Assembly (NCBI GenBank): GCA_000165345.1
Contig: CM000432.1
Location: forward strand, 1,024,001-1,088,000
DNA: 64,000 bases
Reading direction: 5' to 3'
In this document: piece after piece, positions 52,703 to 63,943 of the stretch
How positions within the stretch are numbered: the stretch's first letter is position 1
Layout: the number at the start of each line of letters is the position of its first letter
The notes under the pieces: generated by a model
Database searches by the model: none
Seen by the model: the letters and a program-made list of their open reading frames with translations, nothing else
What the model was told of the DNA's origin: nothing
Position numbers and translations under genes: made by a program

Positions 52703-55504
52703 CTAAAGCCTCTTAACCTTTTTCTGGCCAACATTTTTATCAGTTTCAAGCTCTTGGGATCTTCTATTTACACTTCCTTCTTCACAGCTGTTTTCGTTTT
52801 CTTTCCCTAAAATGTGAATTTTTTTTGCTCCATTAGAATCTGTGGAACAAACTTGTGTTGGAGTGCTGATTTGGTTTCTTACCAAAGTAATTATATTTGC
52901 AAGAGACGATGAAGATGATGAGGATGAGGAAGAAGAGGAAGATGATGAAGAATCTTTTAATAACTTACTTTCATCTCGGAATTTAAATGAGTCATTCCCT
53001 GGTATATATTTCGGCTTTGAGCTTGCAAACCTTTCAGGATAATAAGCTCTAAGTGAAATGATTGGTCCATTACTTTTGTTTGATTCGTTTTTATTTTGAG
53101 ATTCTTGAGAATCTTTTCTGTTAATAAGAATACTACTGCTGCTCCTGCTATTATTACTATTCCCACTTACGAACCCAATTTTTGACGTAAGATCAGACGA
53201 AGAGTTAAAGCCTGCCCCGTTGGCACTGCTTGAAGAATATAAATTCTGTCCAGATTCAATGTTAGTTGCATTTTTTGCATCACCATATATATGTAGTTTT
53301 CCAGTATTGGGGACACTTTGAGAATTTTTGGGTAAATTTGAGTCTGGAGCATTTTCATCAGAGTCAAAAAGTGGAGAAGATTGAATTACTAAATCTGTCT
53401 CTTTAATTAGGTTGACCGAATTATTGTAATCAATATTACCTTTATAATTAACATTTTGAGAATTATTATTGTTTATGTTTGAGCTTAATTCATTATTAGG
53501 AAGGCTTTGTTCTTCATTCTCCAGTATTTCAATGATACTATTTTCGTCATCTGATGATTGACTGTATTGTGGGCCGCTAAATACAGAGCTCATGCTATTA
53601 TTATGGTCCAAGTTATTTCTTTGAACAATGGTTTCTCTTGGGATTCTATAATTTGAAATATTTAAATTGGTTTGGATACTTTGTCTGCCGGTGTTATTAA
53701 TTCTAGTATTTTCATGTAAATTACTATTTCTACCTCTCCTTTGGTTATTATTGTTATTACTGCTCGATCTTATAATTTCCGAACTGCTCCTACTTCTAGA
53801 GGTGCCAAAAATTGAATTAGAGGCTGAATCTTCGTGAAAAGCATATCTAGTCAAATCAACATATTCCGAAGAAAATGCTGAAGATATATTAATAGCACCC
53901 TCGAGCATTTCTAATATACTAGTTCCTGTGGCTGATCTTTCACTCCTTGAATTATCTCTTCTGGAGACTCCACTTCGAGTGCGTCTATCAGTCCTTGTTC
54001 TTCTACTTCTGCTGGATCTACTTGTCCTACTTGATTGTGCATTTGAATTAGTTCTGCCTCTATTTCTATTTGGACTGCTCCCTTCACTCGACTCAGCTTC
54101 TTCAAATATTACATTCAAATTTGACCTGCCTCTTCTCCGATTACTATTTCTATTAGAAGTTAATATCCTTCTTCTTTCTGAGAGAGCAATGTTATCATTC
54201 AATGATGATGTTGAAGAGTCGCTATCTACTGAAACTACTCGAATTGTAGTTGTACTTATTGACAAATTTCTTGTTGTTAGGTTTGGCTCGGTATTATGAC
54301 TTGATGGCCTTCTCTCTCTATTGGATCTTAAAGAACTATTACTCCTTGTAGATCTTGTGTTTGTACCTGATGATCTGGTTGAACGACCAGTTCTAGAAGA
54401 TCTTGTTGTCATTCTATGTTCAAAATTAACTTCTGAGCCTAAATCTAAAACGAAATCGTGGTCATCATCTACAATAAAATCTGTATCTAGGTTGCTGTTA
54501 TTTGCTCTGCTTGTATTGTTTCTTCTATTGTTTGTTCTCCTTCTTCTACCTCTTATGCACCTTGGACAAAACCACTCTCCACTTGGAACACTATCTAAAG
54601 GGGGATCCAAACAATATGTATGGTAACCCCTATCACACCTGTCACAAAGCAATAATACTTCTTCATGATCATTTAATCTGCAAACTTCACATGCAAAATC
54701 AGCAAATGGATCTTCGTCCATTTCGTTACAGTTCAATTTCTTCATTTCTACAGGAATAACCATTACTGGTATAGACAATTCACCTGGAATAACATTAAAA
54801 GCATTAATGTGATCAAATTCTCTTTTACATAAGGGGCACTGAGTAGCAACATCAGACCATTGCTTAATACAGACAAAACAGAAAATGTGTTTGCATACAC
54901 TCAATCCTCCTATTAATAACTCTTCCTTTTTTTCTTTGCAGAGAGTTTCATTAGCAGTTTCTACATTTAAAAGAGAACAAGTATTATCTTCAAGCTTTTT
55001 TCCATAATTCAAGGCTTTAATATCATTGTTATTTGATTCACCAGTACTTTCTTGCTCCTCTCCTTTATTTTTACAATTCAATAAATCTTGAAGGGTCATT
55101 AAGCATATTGCACACTCAATGGTATTGGCTTCTGATAAATTATTTTCTATAGGAGTTTCAGACTTAGTTTGATTAATACTTTCTTTATCATCTATATTTA
55201 TACTTGCTCTTTTTGAACTTAAACCTTTTGGGGTTTCTAAGCCATAATTTTCACTCCTTAAGGCACTATTTTGCCTACAGTTGTATACAACTCTTCTTAA
55301 AGAAGAGTGAGTCTTTCCAGAAATGTTTTCAGGGGACATTAAAATAGATTGACTAATATTTATATTTTCATTCTGGTTCTCAACACCATGTATACTATTC
55401 CTTTCAATGTCTTCATTGTTAACATCATATTCAAAAAGACTTTCTATTTCATTTGAATTCAGTAAAACATCGTCAATCACATCAAAGTCATCCATCATTA
55501 GCAT
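52703..55504 (-). CDS. RING-finger plus PHD-finger protein (PHRF1-like architecture) with very long S/R/N-rich low-complexity regions
   Basis: The RING motif is CAICLMTL...CKHIFCFVCIKQWSDVATQCPLCKREF. The PHD motif is CEVCRLNDHEEVLLLCDRCDRGYHTYCLDPPLDSVPSGEWFCPRCI. R/S-rich (RSxR) tracts follow, plus an S17 run encoded by GAWGAW repeats at 52907-52950. Confidence 0.85.
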   Translation of the reverse strand: MLMMDDFDVIDDVLLNSNEIESLFEYDVNNEDIERNSIHGVENQNENINISQSILMSPENISGKTHSSLRRVVYNCRQNSALRSENYGLETPKGLSSKRASINIDDKESINQTKSETPIENNLSEANTIECAICLMTLQDLLNCKNKGEEQESTGESNNNDIKALNYGKKLEDNTCSLLNVETANETLCKEKKEELLIGGLSVCKHIFCFVCIKQWSDVATQCPLCKREFDHINAFNVIPGELSIPVMVIPVEMKKLNCNEMDEDPFADFACEVCRLNDHEEVLLLCDRCDRGYHTYCLDPPLDSVPSGEWFCPRCIRGRRRRTNNRRNNTSRANNSNLDTDFIVDDDHDFVLDLGSEVNFEHRMTTRSSRTGRSTRSSGTNTRSTRSNSSLRSNRERRPSSHNTEPNLTTRNLSISTTTIRVVSVDSDSSTSSLNDNIALSERRRILTSNRNSNRRRGRSNLNVIFEEAESSEGSSPNRNRGRTNSNAQSSRTSRSSRSRRTRTDRRTRSGVSRRDNSRSERSATGTSILEMLEGAINISSAFSSEYVDLTRYAFHEDSASNSIFGTSRSRSSSEIIRSSSNNNNNQRRGRNSNLHENTRINNTGRQSIQTNLNISNYRIPRETIVQRNNLDHNNSMSSVFSGPQYSQSSDDENSIIEILENEEQSLPNNELSSNINNNNSQNVNYKGNIDYNNSVNLIKETDLVIQSSPLFDSDENAPDSNLPKNSQSVPNTGKLHIYGDAKNATNIESGQNLYSSSSANGAGFNSSSDLTSKIGFVSGNSNNSRSSSSILINRKDSQESQNKNESNKSNGPIISLRAYYPERFASSKPKYIPGNDSFKFRDESKLLKDSSSSSSSSSSSSSSSSLANIITLVRNQISTPTQVCSTDSNGAKKIHILGKENENSCEEGSVNRRSQELETDKNVGQKKVKRL
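52907..52950 (-). repeat. (GAWGAW)n repeat encoding an S17 tract in the RING-PHD protein
   Basis: gatgaagatgatgaggatgaggaagaagaggaagatgatgaa on the + strand translates as poly-Ser on the - strand. The mirrored + strand ORF (poly-D/E) is an artefact. Confidence 0.9.
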
Positions 55505-55788
55505 ATAAACAATCTTACTTATTCTTAATCCTTCAGTCCGAGTAATAACAAAATTATCTTACACATCTACATGCAGCCCATAAAATAAATAAATACTTCA
55601 ACCTTTTCAAATTAATTTATATACTGCTATAGCTAAACCACTTTGTAATTCTAAACAACACACCCACACTAATTAACTCATAAGAATGGTTGATTTTTCC
55701 TCGTCTTATCTTTAATGTTTTTGAGATTTATTTACTTTGAAATTTGTTTAGTTTTTTTTTTCTTTCCCATGTTGAGGATGCTAAAGCA

Positions 55789-55802
55789 TTTTCCCGCCAA
55801 AA
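55789..55802. promoter_or_regulatory. TTTTCCCGCCAAAA, an E2F-consensus-like site, in the divergent promoter of the RING-PHD gene (-) and the OTU gene (+)
   Basis: Direct reading of the sequence. Confidence 0.5.
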
Positions 55803-56026
55803 CTTGGCTTACTGAATTTGTAAATGTCAAAAAATTGGAATTGACAAAAGGATCAGACAAATTCAGATTTAGTCGAATTTTTAATTTTTAGGGACTAAAA
55901 TATCAGAAAACCTGTTATAATTTTTGATTAGACGTATCTATTAGTTTAGATTGAAGTTAATGTTTCAAATACTATTTAAAAGGAACTGGTAATTAATTAA
56001 TAAATATTAAAATTCGTAATAAAAAA

Positions 56027-57106
56027 ATGGACTCAGACTCTCAGGAAAGTAAGCCAAGCAGAAGAAAGGTTCTTCAGAGGCAAAATCAGGAAGTTAAGGC
56101 TTTAAAAGAGCAATGGAAGAAAGCCCTTGCTAGCTGTAATAAAAAGGGATCTAAAAAGGAGCTTGATAAAGAATATCAATCAAAGATGGAGGCACTACAA
56201 CTATCTCATAAGATGGAACTAATGAAACTTTCTGGTGAAGGCAATTTAGAAAATGAAGAAGACTCTGTGGAGCAATCTTCTGAAAATAATAGGAATATTG
56301 ATGACTCCAATACAAATAAACTCAGTTTAGTGGAAAAACTTCAAACTATGGATGAAGTACCATCATTATATTCCAATGCAACCTTTCAAGTGACTAAGAG
56401 TGAAAAGCGAAAAAAGAAAAGGCAAAAAGAACTTGAACAGAAGTATATGAAAAGTCTGGAAGAATGCGCACTAAACAGTAAGTTTATTTGAAAAGCATTT
56501 ATCTAAACAATTTTCAATACTTATTTCTATTACTTCCAATGAAAAATAGATGATAGAAAAGGCGAAATTGAACTTGAAGTAATAAATAAAAAGCTTAAGG
56601 AAAATAATCTGAAAATTTTTAATATTAGTGCAGATGGAAACTGTCTTTTTGGGTAAGTTTATGACTTCCTTATCCTATAATTTAATATACACTATTTTAG
56701 CTCTATTAAACACCAACTAGAAATAAAAAAAAAAGGATTATACTCAATTAAAGAACTGAGATGCATTGCAGTTGACTATATTGAATCAAATAGAAAGACT
56801 ATGGAACCTTTTGTTCTAGCCTCAGTTGAGAATACAGATATAACATTTGAAGAATACTGCGATAATATAAGAAATACCAATGAATGGGGAGGTGAGGTTG
56901 AATTAGTTGCTCTTTCTAACTCTCTGGAAGTTCCAATTACAGTTATTAGAGCATTAAATCACAGAAATGAATCATATGGTGAGCAATTCTATGAAGAATA
57001 TGAAGATGATGAAGAAAATAGCGTTAAAGAAAATACTTTATATATAGTTTACCATATTCATCTTTTCGCAAATGGACCCCACTATAACTCAACTATTAGT
57101 ATTTAA
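56027..57106 (+). CDS. OTU-domain deubiquitinase (OTUD6/Otu2-like: N-terminal coiled-coil plus OTU) in three exons at 56027..56477, 56550..56652 and 56701..57106, about 319 aa
   Basis: The catalytic Cys box DGNCLFG is encoded by a 103-nt middle exon missed by the ORF track (DRKGEIELEVINKKLKENNLKIFNISADGNCLFG). The downstream exon carries WGGEVELVALS and the His box LYIVYHIHLFANGPHYNS. Junctions are AAC A|GTAAGT ... AAAAATAG|AT (phase 1) and TTT GG|GTAAGT ... ATTTTAG|C (phase 2), both frame-consistent. Confidence 0.8.
56478..56549 (+). other. predicted intron 1 of the OTU gene (72 nt)
   Basis: GTAAGTTTATTTG ... GAAAAATAG. Confidence 0.6.
56653..56700 (+). other. predicted intron 2 of the OTU gene (48 nt)
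   Basis: GTAAGTTTATGAC ... CACTATTTTAG. Confidence 0.6.
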
Positions 57107-57393
57107 TTTAAGATTAGCTTTCAATGCCTTGTTATAATTTTTTTCATTTATTTTGCATGCATTTTTCTCTACCACTGCTTTCCCCCCCAAATTGATTCTT
57201 TATTCATCTTTCTTATGAAATGTATCAAAAAAAAAATTTGCATCAGGCATTATTAAGTAATCAAAATCTATATGTTAACAAGTGAAGAAATTTATCTAAT
57301 TTAATATTCTCTATTTCCTTTCATATTATTTCTAATATTTTTAATTGCACTAATTTGTTTCAAAAGCCTTTAAAGTAATTTCTGATTATTAGT

Positions 57394-57407
57394 TTCCCGC
57401 CAAAACT
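57394..57407. promoter_or_regulatory. TTTCCCGCCAAAAC about 145 nt upstream of the ABC transporter ATG
   Basis: This is the same motif class as 55789, 25504 (TTTCCCGCCC), 50740 (ATTCCCGCCAAC), 61736 (CACCCGCCAACAT) and 17225 (TTGCCCGCCCGAA). Confidence 0.5.
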
Positions 57408-57549
57408 ATAATATTTGCATTTTCAAAAGCTATTAAAATAATCAATGATATCTCATCAATTCAAATTCAAAATTTACACTACATTTACATTTTGATAACA
57501 CATTTTTGAGTTATTGAGAAGTTGAATTATATTCTATGTCTATGATAGA

Positions 57550-60500
57550 ATGAAACAAAGTTGTAATTGTTTTTATGAATATTCTTTCTTTTCATGGATT
57601 AATGACTATATTAAAGGCACTAAGGGGTATAAGGCAATACTAGAAAGAAATAATAATATCTTTGAACCAAGCTTCTCATTATCATTCTCAAAAAACTCTG
57701 ATTTAAATGAAGTTGTTTCGGATTTTCAGAAAAATTTACTATTTCAATATAAATACAGATTAGATGAAAATGAAAAAAGCTTCAATATCGGCCAAGGGCT
57801 TATAAAAACATTTTGGAATGAATTCATTTTTTGTTTGGCTCTCAAAGCATTAATGGTAGTTTTGACAACCTACCTAAACATTACCTTGAAAAGTTTTATG
57901 GAAGTAGTTAATCCATCGAGCAAACTAATACAATGTTTGATTTTAATTGGTTTACAAACTTTTAAGATATTTCTAGACTCTCATACCAACTTTTTAATAG
58001 CAAAAATGTCATTAAATATTCAAACATTTATAATTAGAGCTGCATTTGAAGATCTATCTAGAACTAATTTTACTCGTACTTTGACCAAGCGAACACAAAA
58101 TGAATTAAAAAATACACCAAACATTCACAACTTAATATTTGGTGATTTAAATTCTTTGGAATCTTTGATGCAAGCATTTATTGAGCTTATTATATCACCA
58201 ATTAAAATTATCGGGGTTTGGGTATTGCTTCAAAGGAATATGGGTTTTTCTGCAAATTTATCAGTATTGGCCTATATAATATTATACTTGATAAGTCTAA
58301 CTCTACAAGTAGTTGGCTCATTATACAAAATAAAGTTTATGAAATTCAGAGATGTAAGAATTCTTAAATGCCATGAATATCTTTCTTCTTTACCAATCAT
58401 CCGCAATCTCTTTTGGGAAGAAGTTGTGTACGAAGATTTAATGTCTGTAAGGAAATTGGAGGTAAAGGCTAACCTAACTAGGTTTCTATATTTAATGGCA
58501 GGGACCTTTTTGGAGTATAATGCTCTTTCCATAGCAAAATATATTTTATTTTTTTCATTTATTTACAAATCTTATACTCAATTCTCAAATTCTATTTCTT
58601 TTGGAGCTACAGTTACTTCAAGAATTGCTACCCTGCATGCACTAAATATGCTTACAAGTCCAACTAGGAATATTGCTTCAAGTATTGTAGAAGGGATTAT
58701 ATCTTTCAAAAGAATTATTGATTTTTTTGAAAGAAATTCTTATAGCCTATTAATTAATGAAAGTACTGGGAAAAATCAGATTAATTCAATTGAAAGGAAG
58801 AAATGCTGTAATAGAAAGGATTTGAAAAAATTCGATCAAGATGAATCGGTGCTATTAAATTTTGAATATTCTAGACCACTTGAATTCGAGGATTTTGAGA
58901 AAAAATACTTAATTAATATGTCAAATTTCAACCACTCAATGATAAAATCCAATATTAAAAACTTTAAACTAAAAAATAATGAATTATATATACTTTCAGG
59001 TAAATCAGGTTCAGGTAAAACACTCTTAATCAATCAAATCTTAGATCAAATTTATACAATGGAAGGCCAATACGTTAATATTTTTCATTCTTCTCAGAAT
59101 TTTTGGTTTCCAAAAGGTACAATTCGATCTGTAATACTGTTTGGGAGAGAATACGATAAAAATATTTACGAAAGAGTAATAAAAGCATGTTCACTTGATA
59201 TGGACTTTGCCATGTGGAAAGACAAAGATTTAAGGCAATTGGATGAGTCTGACCAAACTCTTAGCAATGGTCAAAAGTCAAGAATTAACTTGGCTAGAGC
59301 TCTTTATTACTTTCTTTATATACAGAAAACAAATCAGGAAAATAATAAATCTCTGATAATATTAGATGATGTCTTTTCAACATTAGATATCCAAACTTCA
59401 ATTGAGATATTTGAAAGTTTATTTAAAATAGATGGTGGTATAGTTTCTGAAAAATCTTGTATAGTCACAATTAGCATTGACCATATTTCAATATTGGCCT
59501 CTAAAGTTAAGTTTCCAGAGGAAAAAGCTGTTAATATTGTTATTATGGATAAAGGAACAATATCATATAGCGGCTTGCTCCAAACCTACTTAAATGAATT
59601 TCCCTATTTGAAAAAAGATCACTATCTTGATTTAAATGATGAATACAACTTTAATGGAAATAACAAAGAAAAAAAATATTATTTGGTTGAGGAACTGCAT
59701 AATGAAATAGCTATAGATAGTAAAATACCACTTTACGCAAATAATCATGAAGAAACATCAACATTTCAAACAACTAACATCCACTTTTATTCTAAATATA
59801 TCTACTATTTTGAATATATTGGAAGAATTTACTTTTTAATTTTTTTATTGGTATGCATTTTAAAGATAGGAGTAACGAAATCTATGGATATTTATTTAGC
59901 CAGATATTCATCTTTAGGATCGCCAAAAATATTCATTATTCATTATTCTGTTCTATTAATTGTTAAGTTAATATTAGAGTGCTTTACATTTATCTCAGAA
60001 GCTTTGTTATCAGCAAAATCTTCTTCAAAAATCCACAACAATTACCTAATTTCATTACTGAAAGCTCCATTAAATTTTTTCTCATATACACCTATTTCAA
60101 GAGTTCTAAACAGATTCAACTTGGATTTACTTGTATTAGATGACATATTGGTTCGAAAGATTGTTGGTGTAATGATTCGAATATTTGAACCATTTATACA
60201 TTTATCTTTGGTATTTCTTACTAACCCTATTATTATTCCATTCTCAATTGCGCATATAGTTTTCATTGTTATTTCATATGGAATGCCTTTATTTCACATT
60301 TACAAAGCAACTCAAATGGTTATTTTATCAATTTGTTCAAATTTAAACAATACTTTTTCAGAAACAATACAAGGATGGGAAATTATTAGAGACTTTAAAA
60401 ATGATGTCTTATATAGAGAAATTTTATGTTCTAATTTGTTAGACATAATTAAAATGAGAATGATGCAAATTTCAGTAATTAAATGGGCATCATTTAGAAT

Positions 60501-61584
60501 ACAATTTTTTTCTGGACCCTTGGTTATTTTTTTATATTTGGCTTATTTACTATATTGTATTTTATTTCAAACTAAAAGTTCGGGAATCTTCAATTTGGCT
60601 GGAATAGAACTGGGTTATGTAATTTATTTCTACATTACTTTTACTGAAACTTTGAATTTAATATTTATTAAAATTTCCTCTTTAGAAAAAGATATGTGTT
60701 CACTAGAAAGAGTAATAGAATACTCAAATAATACATCTAATGAAAATAAACTTATAGAAGACTTGAAGCAGGAAGAAGCCATTTTAGATGAGAAAGTAAA
60801 TAGTGATTCTAATTTAAAACTAAAATTTACAAACGTAGAGTTATCATATCAAGTTTCAGATTTTACCAGTAATTACAATTACTTGGAATTTAAAGCAATT
60901 AAAGACTTTAATCTTGAGCTGAGCCCAAATGAACATATTGGAATTATTGGTAGAACAGGATGTGGAAAGTCAACTTTAATTAAAGGTATTTTAGGGTCAT
61001 TAATTCCTTCTTCTGGCACAATAAAATTTGGGGAAATTGAAATTTATAACTTATCAAGGAATAAAAGGAGAGAAATAATTGGTATAGTAACTCAAACACC
61101 TCTAAAGGTAAATAATTGGTCAATTAGAAAATATTTGGATCCATTTTTTGAACATAATCAAGATACAATTTTACAAGTATTAAAATTTACTGGATTCTAC
61201 AAAATAATTGCTAATAGAATGCAATTTGACGAAAATCTGGATCTAGTTAGATTATCAGACTATAACCAAGAAAATTGCATCTCTTTGACAGATTTTCATT
61301 TAAAATATTTGAACTTTGTCAGGCTATTATTGAATAGGAAGAAATACAAAATCATTTTATTAGACGAGCCTACAATAGAAGCACAGATTGAATTGGGAAA
61401 TGAAGCTCTGAGTCATTGCTATGAGAACTCAAAGCTTGTTCCTATTGAAGAGCTTATCAGAGATTACTTCCAGCATTGCTGTGTTGTAATCGTTTCGCAT
61501 AATTTTAATGCTTTAAAATATTGCAATAGAATTATTAATCTTAGCTATAAATGCAGGTTAGATATAGAAACAAAAAGTAATTAA
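57550..61584 (+). CDS. full-length ABC transporter (TMD-NBD-TMD-NBD), ABCC/MRP-like, with a degenerate second signature motif
   Basis: NBD1 has Walker A SGKSGSGKTLL, signature LSNGQKSRINLARALY and Walker B LIILDDVFSTLD. NBD2 has Walker A GIIGRTGCGKSTL and Walker B ILLDEPT, but lacks a canonical LSGGQ. Two hydrophobic multi-helix blocks precede each NBD. Confidence 0.9.
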   Translation: MKQSCNCFYEYSFFSWINDYIKGTKGYKAILERNNNIFEPSFSLSFSKNSDLNEVVSDFQKNLLFQYKYRLDENEKSFNIGQGLIKTFWNEFIFCLALKALMVVLTTYLNITLKSFMEVVNPSSKLIQCLILIGLQTFKIFLDSHTNFLIAKMSLNIQTFIIRAAFEDLSRTNFTRTLTKRTQNELKNTPNIHNLIFGDLNSLESLMQAFIELIISPIKIIGVWVLLQRNMGFSANLSVLAYIILYLISLTLQVVGSLYKIKFMKFRDVRILKCHEYLSSLPIIRNLFWEEVVYEDLMSVRKLEVKANLTRFLYLMAGTFLEYNALSIAKYILFFSFIYKSYTQFSNSISFGATVTSRIATLHALNMLTSPTRNIASSIVEGIISFKRIIDFFERNSYSLLINESTGKNQINSIERKKCCNRKDLKKFDQDESVLLNFEYSRPLEFEDFEKKYLINMSNFNHSMIKSNIKNFKLKNNELYILSGKSGSGKTLLINQILDQIYTMEGQYVNIFHSSQNFWFPKGTIRSVILFGREYDKNIYERVIKACSLDMDFAMWKDKDLRQLDESDQTLSNGQKSRINLARALYYFLYIQKTNQENNKSLIILDDVFSTLDIQTSIEIFESLFKIDGGIVSEKSCIVTISIDHISILASKVKFPEEKAVNIVIMDKGTISYSGLLQTYLNEFPYLKKDHYLDLNDEYNFNGNNKEKKYYLVEELHNEIAIDSKIPLYANNHEETSTFQTTNIHFYSKYIYYFEYIGRIYFLIFLLVCILKIGVTKSMDIYLARYSSLGSPKIFIIHYSVLLIVKLILECFTFISEALLSAKSSSKIHNNYLISLLKAPLNFFSYTPISRVLNRFNLDLLVLDDILVRKIVGVMIRIFEPFIHLSLVFLTNPIIIPFSIAHIVFIVISYGMPLFHIYKATQMVILSICSNLNNTFSETIQGWEIIRDFKNDVLYREILCSNLLDIIKMRMMQISVIKWASFRIQFFSGPLVIFLYLAYLLYCILFQTKSSGIFNLAGIELGYVIYFYITFTETLNLIFIKISSLEKDMCSLERVIEYSNNTSNENKLIEDLKQEEAILDEKVNSDSNLKLKFTNVELSYQVSDFTSNYNYLEFKAIKDFNLELSPNEHIGIIGRTGCGKSTLIKGILGSLIPSSGTIKFGEIEIYNLSRNKRREIIGIVTQTPLKVNNWSIRKYLDPFFEHNQDTILQVLKFTGFYKIIANRMQFDENLDLVRLSDYNQENCISLTDFHLKYLNFVRLLLNRKKYKIILLDEPTIEAQIELGNEALSHCYENSKLVPIEELIRDYFQHCCVVIVSHNFNALKYCNRIINLSYKCRLDIETKSN

Positions 61585-61927
61585 AAGTGATTATTCCTGT
61601 AAACATGAATAATTGGTCAATAATCAATTTTTTTTAAGATAAAAAACAATGAATTTATTGTTTGTAGTTTTTTTCTAAATTTATCCCTATATTTTCTTAT
61701 TATTAAATTTGTCCCTCTTTAATTTATTTTACACACACCCGCCAACATAATTTTATATATTTTATAGTGGGATCTTATAAATTAAAGGATAAATTAGTAA
61801 TATACTAAATTGTAATTAATTTCTTTTATAAGCCTCATAATTTAAACCGGAAGGTGGAAAATTGGAATATAAGCAACTAATTAAGGATCTAATTTTTTTT
61901 TCTAAGTATTATTTGGGGTAGCCAAAT

Positions 61928-63610
61928 ATGCATATAGAGCTAAAAAATAGAAATATTAAAAATGAGGGTGATTTAGAGAGTAATACAAATGAAACGAAAG
62001 AAGACTCGTCCATTGTTGACTCACAAAAATGCGGCTCTTACAAATCATCTTCACTGAATTCAGCAATAATAATTTCAAGCAATTCAAATAATCAAAACTA
62101 TGGTGAAAAACGAGTAGTTGAAGTTCCACTTAAAGAATCAGAAATATGGATACAAATGCTTATTGGATTTGTAACAGTAGTAAAAGCAACTGTTGGTACA
62201 GGAATACTCTTTGCTCCTTTTGCAATTGTTAATTCAGGCTATGTCTTAAGTATTGTAATCATTTTGGTTTATTGGTTATTAAATGTTATTTGCACCATTT
62301 TAATGTTTAAATGCGCTGATGAAGTTAATGACACATATTCAGGTATTGCATCTGCAGCGATGGGGAAGACTGGACGAATTCTGGCTGATATTTCAATTAC
62401 ATTTACACAGTTATCATTTTGCGCAGTATTTGTTACTTTTGTAACCAAAGCTATACAAAATGTAATATCTGGCATTCATGATTGTGCGCCTGCGTATATA
62501 GAATATGGTACAGCACTAATTACCTTTATTCAGCTCATCGTATACATTCCTATGTCCTGTTTTGGTAGAATTCAGTCATTGGGCCCAGCGATGATTATGG
62601 CGAATATTGCACTTCTCATCGGTTTGGTAACAGTATTTGCCTACTCTGCTTTAGAACTTGCATCAAATATTTCAAATAATACTATGGCTAAAATCTCAGA
62701 TTTCACAGATTTAGAATCAATTGCAGGTTTGGTTGGCACTGCTGCTTTTTTGTGGGTATCTGGTCCTGTTGTAGTATCTTATTATGTTTCAATTGCAGAT
62801 TACAACGCCAGAAGAAGATTTACCTGGGTATATGTTGTGGCAATAACTTTTGTTTTTATGCTTGCCACATCATTTGCTTTTGTTTCAGCATTTGGATATG
62901 GTGAAAATACTTTTTCTACTATTACCTTGAACCTTCCGATTACAGCAGGTGCTATGTCAGGTCAGATATTCTTTGCTATTTCGATTTTACTTTCATTTCC
63001 ACTAATGATCTTTCCTGTAAAAGAGATTTTCACAAAATATATTGACAATTATTGGAAGAAACATAACAAAAATAAAATTCTGGAATTTATTACACCAGCT
63101 GAACAAGTTAGACAACTTAGCATTCAAAAAACTTCGAGTAAATTAAACACTCCAATAACTTCTCAAACCAATTCTCCTGGAAAAGAAAATTTGAGTCCAA
63201 ATTCCATCAATTCAAAATTAGGCTCAAAAATCCTTCTTAGGCAACCAAGTGGATCAATTTCGTTTACAATTGATAATTCAAATAACAAATTATCAAGTTA
63301 CTTTGTGAAAGCAGCACCTTCAGCCATTGTAATAATATTGAGCATAATTTGCTGTATGATTGGTTTCTTTCTTATTAACTCACTTGGAAACTTTGTAAAT
63401 CTTGTTGGAGGTTTATTTTGCGTTCCAATCAGTATTATTCTTCCTGCATTATTTCATCTAACACTATTTAAGCAGCGGATTTCACTTCCTGCATTCATTC
63501 TGGATATTTTCCTCATTATTTCTGGAATAATTACGTCAATTGTCGTCATTTGGTACACATTCGTTTCATGGAGCGTTACAAACGAGTCCATATGTAATAT
63601 TAAGCATTAG
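61928..63610 (+). CDS. transmembrane amino-acid transporter (AAAP/SLC36-38-like Aa_trans family)
   Basis: About 11 hydrophobic helices are predicted. The N-terminal block is GTGILFAPFAIVNSGYVLSIVIILVYWLLN. The S/N-rich hydrophilic N-terminus and a loop insertion are typical of parasite orthologues. Confidence 0.85.
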   Translation: MHIELKNRNIKNEGDLESNTNETKEDSSIVDSQKCGSYKSSSLNSAIIISSNSNNQNYGEKRVVEVPLKESEIWIQMLIGFVTVVKATVGTGILFAPFAIVNSGYVLSIVIILVYWLLNVICTILMFKCADEVNDTYSGIASAAMGKTGRILADISITFTQLSFCAVFVTFVTKAIQNVISGIHDCAPAYIEYGTALITFIQLIVYIPMSCFGRIQSLGPAMIMANIALLIGLVTVFAYSALELASNISNNTMAKISDFTDLESIAGLVGTAAFLWVSGPVVVSYYVSIADYNARRRFTWVYVVAITFVFMLATSFAFVSAFGYGENTFSTITLNLPITAGAMSGQIFFAISILLSFPLMIFPVKEIFTKYIDNYWKKHNKNKILEFITPAEQVRQLSIQKTSSKLNTPITSQTNSPGKENLSPNSINSKLGSKILLRQPSGSISFTIDNSNNKLSSYFVKAAPSAIVIILSIICCMIGFFLINSLGNFVNLVGGLFCVPISIILPALFHLTLFKQRISLPAFILDIFLIISGIITSIVVIWYTFVSWSVTNESICNIKH

Positions 63611-63943
63611 CTTAACTATTATTTGACTTAAATATTGACTAACCAATTTAATAATATCTTATTTCATATACTTAATTCTACTGAAATTACTGTACCTCTA
63701 TTCTAGAACTTCACATTCTAGTAAACAACCTATAAGCCATTTGTGGCAATATCATTTTAATTAAAAATATGGAATTATTTCCCTAAATAATCTTAAAACC
63801 AACATTAAAATGGAGAACAAGACAATTAATAATTAAAAATTACATTTTTAATACCTCTTTTAGCCCCTTTTTTTTTTTTTTAAAAAATATCTGATTGTGG
63901 AATATTTTTTAACTGCATGTACAATATAATAATTAAAATTAAT

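Noticed and set aside
53928-54759. Several + strand ORFs (53928..54299, 54321..54626, 54502..54759, 52842..53042) rich in L/D/E
   Set aside because: These are mirror translations of the S/R-rich low-complexity coding repeats of the minus-strand RING-PHD gene.
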